Of a DNA stretch of 39,394 nt, positions 35,662-39,394 are shown piece after piece; within the stretch, counting starts at the first letter, position 1; every line of letters begins with the position of its first letter. The notes under the pieces were generated by a model that did not search any database, had not been told where the DNA came from, and saw only the letters and a list, made by a program, of their open reading frames with translations. The stretch comes from a virus (Duplodnaviria > Heunggongvirae > Uroviricota > Caudoviricetes). Location: IMG/VR virus record IMGVR_UViG_2541047825_000011, positions 1-39,394 of that record, one strand, 5' to 3'. The translations under genes and the position numbers were made by a program.

Positions 35662-36599
35662 GCAACGACATCGCAAACATCAACGCACCAGTAGACACAG
35701 CAATCGCTGGAACTGCTGCAACTATTTTCAGCCCAGACGGCTTGAACCAACTGATGAAATTCGCCGAGGTAATGGCGCAAAGCCGCGTAACGGTACCGGC
35801 GCACCTCGCCGGGAAACCAGCTGATTGCATGGCCGTGGCAATGCAGGCTGCGCAGTGGGGAATGAACCCGTTTGCCGTGGCTCAGAAAACCCATGTTGTG
35901 AACGGCACGCTAGGTTATGAAGCCCAATTAGTAAACGCAGTTATCTCAACGATGTCGCCAACAAAAGATCGCATCAACTACGAGTGGTTCGGGCCGTGGG
36001 AACGCGTGATCGGTAAGTTTGTTGAGAAAACATCCAAAAACGGCAATCCATATATCGCACCAGGCTGGACTCTAAAAGACGAAGAAGGCTGCGGTGTTCG
36101 CGTATGGGCAACCATGAAGGGCGAGGATCAACCTCGAGTGCTTGAGTTAATGCTGTCTCAAGCACAGGTAAGAAACTCCACACTTTGGGCCAGTGATCCG
36201 AAACAACAACTCGCATACCTTGCGACAAAACGCTGGTCTCGCCTGCACTGTCCTGACGTAATCATGGGCGTCTACACCCCAGACGAATTACAGGAAACGG
36301 CACCGCGCGTTGAGCGAGACATTACTCCGCAAACGACCACTGCTGCGGGAATGAACAGTCTGATCAACGCTAAACCAGCGAAAAAGCCTGATGAGCAAAC
36401 GCGTAAATCGGACAGCCGTGATCCAGAAGAAATGCTGATGGCCTTTACCAGCGCAGCGATGAATTACAGCACTGTCTCCGAACTGGATAAGGCTTACAAA
36501 TACATTGCACAAAAACTTTCAGATGATGACGAACTGCTGGCAAAAGCCACCGACGTTTACAGCGTTCGTCGGGAAGAATTAAACGAAACATCTATGTAA
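35658..36599 (+). CDS. recT: RecT-family single-strand annealing protein
   Basis: Track ORF 35631..36599 trimmed to ATG 35658; RecT-like core ...QAAQWGMNPFAVAQKTHVVNGTLGYEAQLVNAVI...; paired with the exonuclease. Confidence 0.75.
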   Translation: MSNDIANINAPVDTAIAGTAATIFSPDGLNQLMKFAEVMAQSRVTVPAHLAGKPADCMAVAMQAAQWGMNPFAVAQKTHVVNGTLGYEAQLVNAVISTMSPTKDRINYEWFGPWERVIGKFVEKTSKNGNPYIAPGWTLKDEEGCGVRVWATMKGEDQPRVLELMLSQAQVRNSTLWASDPKQQLAYLATKRWSRLHCPDVIMGVYTPDELQETAPRVERDITPQTTTAAGMNSLINAKPAKKPDEQTRKSDSRDPEEMLMAFTSAAMNYSTVSELDKAYKYIAQKLSDDDELLAKATDVYSVRREELNETSM

Positions 36600-36648
36600 C
36601 CACCACCGCGGCGCCACGCGCGCCGCACTGCAACCAAGAGAGGTATTT

Positions 36649-36897
36649 ATGAAAGGTGCATTAGGTAAGAAGGAACTCCTGGCGGTGGTTCCACTGTCAT
36701 GGAGCACTATCGACCGTATGGAGCGCGCAGGGGAATTTCCTAAACGCTGGTATATCACCGATAAACGCTGCGCATGGAACCGTGATGAAGTTGAGCGTTG
36801 GCTTGATGAACGTCAGGCAGCAAGCCCGGCAGAGTTCCAGGGTAAAAAACCTCCTGTTCAGCAACGTGTATATCGTCCCGTGAGCAACGCGGCATGA
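36649..36897 (+). CDS. AlpA-family HTH protein (excisionase/regulator-like)
   Basis: 82 aa; KELLAVVPLSWSTIDRMERAGEFPKRWYITDKRCAWNRDEVERWL follows the AlpA-type pattern. Confidence 0.65.
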   Translation: MKGALGKKELLAVVPLSWSTIDRMERAGEFPKRWYITDKRCAWNRDEVERWLDERQAASPAEFQGKKPPVQQRVYRPVSNAA

Positions 36898-36912
36898 GTG
36901 TGCTGCTAAGGC

Positions 36913-36996
36913 ACTGGAGCAAATGGTCAGGATGGTACTTATTCCTGGCCTCTGTTTCAGCATGGCTTTATCTGCTGGCATTAATTTTCAGAGAGG
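36913..36996 (+). CDS. Possible 27-aa hydrophobic peptide
   Basis: MVRMVLIPGLCFSMALSAGINFQRGLD; weak RBS; not in ORF track; could be a small membrane peptide or noise. Confidence 0.15.
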
Positions 36997-37006
36997 GTTG
37001 GATTAA

Positions 37007-37306
37007 GTGAGAAAGTTAAGCCGACTTGAAAAATATCACATGAACAAGGTTTCAATGCGCAGTCCGTCAAAGATTGTCGCCGTTACTCCTGCGGCGATAG
37101 AGATCGAAAAACGCGCGATTGAAAGAGAGAAAAAAGGGCAGTTCCGCATTGCCGCTCACCTTTGGCTTCAGTGTATGGATGTTGCTTCTGGTGATGTTGA
37201 GCGTGCAAGGATCGCGGTTCGCAGGGACCAATGTATCACAAAAGGTAACGGCCTTCGCCGTGGCGACTATAGCGGCATAGGATGTTGTGGGGTGGTTTAT
37301 GACTAA
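37007..37306 (+). CDS. Hypothetical protein
   Basis: 99 aa; stop overlaps the methyltransferase start. Confidence 0.45.
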   Translation: MRKLSRLEKYHMNKVSMRSPSKIVAVTPAAIEIEKRAIEREKKGQFRIAAHLWLQCMDVASGDVERARIAVRRDQCITKGNGLRRGDYSGIGCCGVVYD

Positions 37307-37949
37307 GAAATACACACTAATCTATGCAGATCCACCCTGGGTATACCGGGACAAAGCCGCAGATGGTAATCGCGGTGCCGGTTTTAAATATCCGGTTATG
37401 AGTGTGCTGGATATCTGCCGCCTTCCTGTGTGGGATTTGGCCGATGAAAACTGTCTGTTGGCCATGTGGTGGGTGCCAACACAACCACTCGAAGCACTAA
37501 AAGTTGTTGAGGCCTGGGGATTCCGTCTGATGACCATGAAGGGATTCACGTGGATAAAATGTGGTAGTCGACAACCAGATAAACTGGTTATGGGTATGGG
37601 TCACATGACTCGCGCCAATAGTGAAGATTGCCTGTTTGCAGTAAAGGGAAAACTACCTACGCGCATTAATGCAGGGATCGTTCAGTCATTTACCGCACCG
37701 CGGCTTGAGCATTCAAGAAAACCAGATATCGTTCGTGAAAAACTTTTGCAATTGTTAGGCGATGTTTCTCGCATTGAACTGTTCGCCCGCCAGTCGTCTC
37801 ATGGTTTCGATGTTTGGGGTAATCAGTGCGAAGACCCGGCAGTGCAACTACACCCTGGATACGCGTTGGATATTGCCAGATTAACAAATGCATTCAGCAA
37901 TGCTCCGCTGTCACCAACAGACAACCAGGGGCGGGAGCGTGCAGCATGA
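37299..37949 (+). CDS. MT-A70 family N6-adenine DNA methyltransferase (orphan)
   Basis: Track ORF trimmed to ATG 37299; catalytic DPPW motif in YADPPWVY; no adjacent restriction endonuclease gene. Confidence 0.8.
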   Translation: MTKKYTLIYADPPWVYRDKAADGNRGAGFKYPVMSVLDICRLPVWDLADENCLLAMWWVPTQPLEALKVVEAWGFRLMTMKGFTWIKCGSRQPDKLVMGMGHMTRANSEDCLFAVKGKLPTRINAGIVQSFTAPRLEHSRKPDIVREKLLQLLGDVSRIELFARQSSHGFDVWGNQCEDPAVQLHPGYALDIARLTNAFSNAPLSPTDNQGRERAA

Positions 37950-38140
37950 ACAGGGCATCACCATCAGATTTAAGGAAATGCCTTGAAACTGCAAACATGC
38001 TTGCACACAGCGGGATCAGGTTTGTTCCAATTCCCGCTGTCACTGATGCTGAATTTGCAACACTGTCAGCAATATTCACAGATAAAATTGAATCACTGGC
38101 AGCAGAAGCCGAGATGGAAGAAAATCAGCAGAACTATTAA
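37946..38140 (+). CDS. Small hypothetical protein
   Basis: Track ORF 37826..38140 trimmed to ATG 37946 (GGGAG upstream, overlaps methyltransferase stop); 64 aa. Confidence 0.5.
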   Translation: MNRASPSDLRKCLETANMLAHSGIRFVPIPAVTDAEFATLSAIFTDKIESLAAEAEMEENQQNY

Positions 38141-38143
38141 ACG

Positions 38144-39394
38144 TTATTCCCCCGCCATCCACTTCTCAAACTTCGACGGGGAGAACGGAATCAGATCCGT
38201 ATGCTCCCCGTCAATCCATGAATCAATCATATCGGCCCACTGCTGCAACATGTAGGCGCGCTGTCTGGCGTATTCCGCTTTGTTATATACGGCGCGCACA
38301 CCTTTCTGCTCATGTGCCAGAGCCTTTTCAATCCAGTCTGAAGGATAACCAGCCTCATGCAATAACGTACTGGCTGTACGGCGCATATCATGTACGGTGA
38401 AGTCCTGAATATGCTCACCATCTTCATTTATTATTTTCACCGTTCTGTCGATCAGAGAGTTCAGCGCGGCATTAGATAATGGCTTCCGGAAGTTGTAACG
38501 ACCAGGAACCAGATATTCACTTCCACCAGCGCACATCTGCAACCCGACCAATATATCCTGTGCCTGTTTAGGCAGGTAAATAACATGCGCCCGGCTTCCC
38601 TTCATGCGGTCTGAAGGAATTGTCCATGTCCATTTTTTAAAATCTATTTCGTCCCACGTTGCATTGGTGAATTCGCCTTTACGAACCATAGTGATAAGCA
38701 CCAGCTTTAAAGCCATTTTCATAGTGCCCATAGCACCAATGGCATCCAGCGTGCGGAAGAACAGACCAATTTCTTCTGGTGTAAGTGTTCGCTCTCGTGG
38801 TTTAAATATGGCGATAGACGAAGGTTTAATGTCAGCAGCAGGATTAAACAAACCATGACCACGGTCATTGGCATGACGGTATACGCTGCTGATGATCTCC
38901 CTGGCCTGCACTGCTGTTGCCCGGCCGCCGCGTTCGACAATCCGGTCACACAAATCACGAACCATCGATGTGGTAATTTCAGCCATCATTTTGTTACCAA
39001 GAACAGGAAGTATGTCACGGTCGATCACCGCCTGCTTCATTGCGCGGGTACTGTCAGCCAGGATGACGTGTTTCATATAACTGTCGGTATGTACCGCAAA
39101 CGTCTCGGCACCACGAATCTTTTTGATACCGTCACGTTTAGCCGCAGCCGGTGACTGGCCTGCTTTAAGCAGCTTCTTTGCAGCAATCAGTTCTTCTCGC
39201 GCTTCTGCCAGGCTGATACCGTCACGCCCATACTGCCCAATTACCAGTGTTTCGCGGCGACCGTTGATACGGTAGTCATAGCGAAACGAGACCGTACCTG
39301 ACGTAAGCACAGCTACATACAGCCCGTCACGATCGGAGACCTTGTACAGTTTGTCCTGCGGCTTGAGGTTTTTTAATTTTGTATCGGTAAGCAC
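38144..39394 (-). CDS. int: Tyrosine integrase (P4-type)
   Basis: 416 aa; N-terminal TDTKLKNLKPQDKLYKVSDRDGLY arm-binding pattern; C-terminal HDMRRTASTLLHEAGY and RAVYNKAEY consistent with the R..HxxR..Y catalytic set; GTG start on the last three bases of the window. Confidence 0.9.
   Translation of the reverse strand: MLTDTKLKNLKPQDKLYKVSDRDGLYVAVLTSGTVSFRYDYRINGRRETLVIGQYGRDGISLAEAREELIAAKKLLKAGQSPAAAKRDGIKKIRGAETFAVHTDSYMKHVILADSTRAMKQAVIDRDILPVLGNKMMAEITTSMVRDLCDRIVERGGRATAVQAREIISSVYRHANDRGHGLFNPAADIKPSSIAIFKPRERTLTPEEIGLFFRTLDAIGAMGTMKMALKLVLITMVRKGEFTNATWDEIDFKKWTWTIPSDRMKGSRAHVIYLPKQAQDILVGLQMCAGGSEYLVPGRYNFRKPLSNAALNSLIDRTVKIINEDGEHIQDFTVHDMRRTASTLLHEAGYPSDWIEKALAHEQKGVRAVYNKAEYARQRAYMLQQWADMIDSWIDGEHTDLIPFSPSKFEKWMAGE

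Larger units (their letters stand above)
1143..39394. mobile_element. Temperate podovirus prophage (lambdoid early region plus T7-type virion module); right end continues beyond the window
   Basis: Contiguous phage modules from the lysis cassette to the integrase; host-type genes and terminator only at 1-1142. Confidence 0.85.

Noticed and set aside
35631-35662. Apparent one-base disagreement between my reading of the printed bases near 35640 and the ORF-track translations
   Set aside because: Attributed to my own character-level misreading; the ORF track was used for the exonuclease/RecT boundary, and short-motif coordinates elsewhere are given with a 1-2 bp tolerance.
1-39394. CRISPR arrays, IS elements or transposases
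   Set aside because: No regularly spaced direct repeats, terminal inverted repeats with transposase, or DDE/HUH transposase-like ORFs were seen; the only mobile element supported is the prophage itself.

Overview
Nearly the whole window (about 1.15-39.4 kb) is one temperate podovirus prophage with lambdoid early/immunity genes and a T7-type virion module (epsilon15/phiV10-like layout). The left 1.1 kb is host DNA (a glycine-zipper lipoprotein and a secreted coiled-coil protein, YfgH/YfgI-like by synteny). The tyrosine integrase starts on the last bases of the window, so the right junction is not visible. Gene order from right to left: int | + strand early-left operon (RecE-like exonuclease, RecT, AlpA-like, MT-A70 methyltransferase) | cI-like repressor and cro | cII-like, O-like, P-like | nin-like small genes | terS, terL | an 0.8 kb island carrying tRNA-Arg(UCU) on the opposite strand | portal, scaffold, capsid, tail tubular A/B, internal virion proteins, lipoprotein | a + strand accessory island (SOS-box-controlled small antirepressor-like gene, BRO-N antirepressor, 211-aa orphan) | tailspike | two holin-like proteins, GH19 endolysin, Rz/Rz1. 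The most interesting signals are: (1) a lambda-like operator palindrome ATTACC-N5-GGTAAT at about 12 sites, not only in the immunity region but also in front of the antirepressor genes, the orphan gene, the nin-region promoter and the tRNA island; (2) a repressor with no recognisable autocleavage module paired with a near-consensus LexA box upstream of a small antirepressor-like gene; (3) a perfect 12-bp palindrome GTGACATGTCAC present exactly three times, all intergenic. Limits: no searches or folding were possible, so product names rest on motifs, size and synteny recalled from memory; coordinates of short motifs may be off by 1-2 bp; gene starts are the least certain part.
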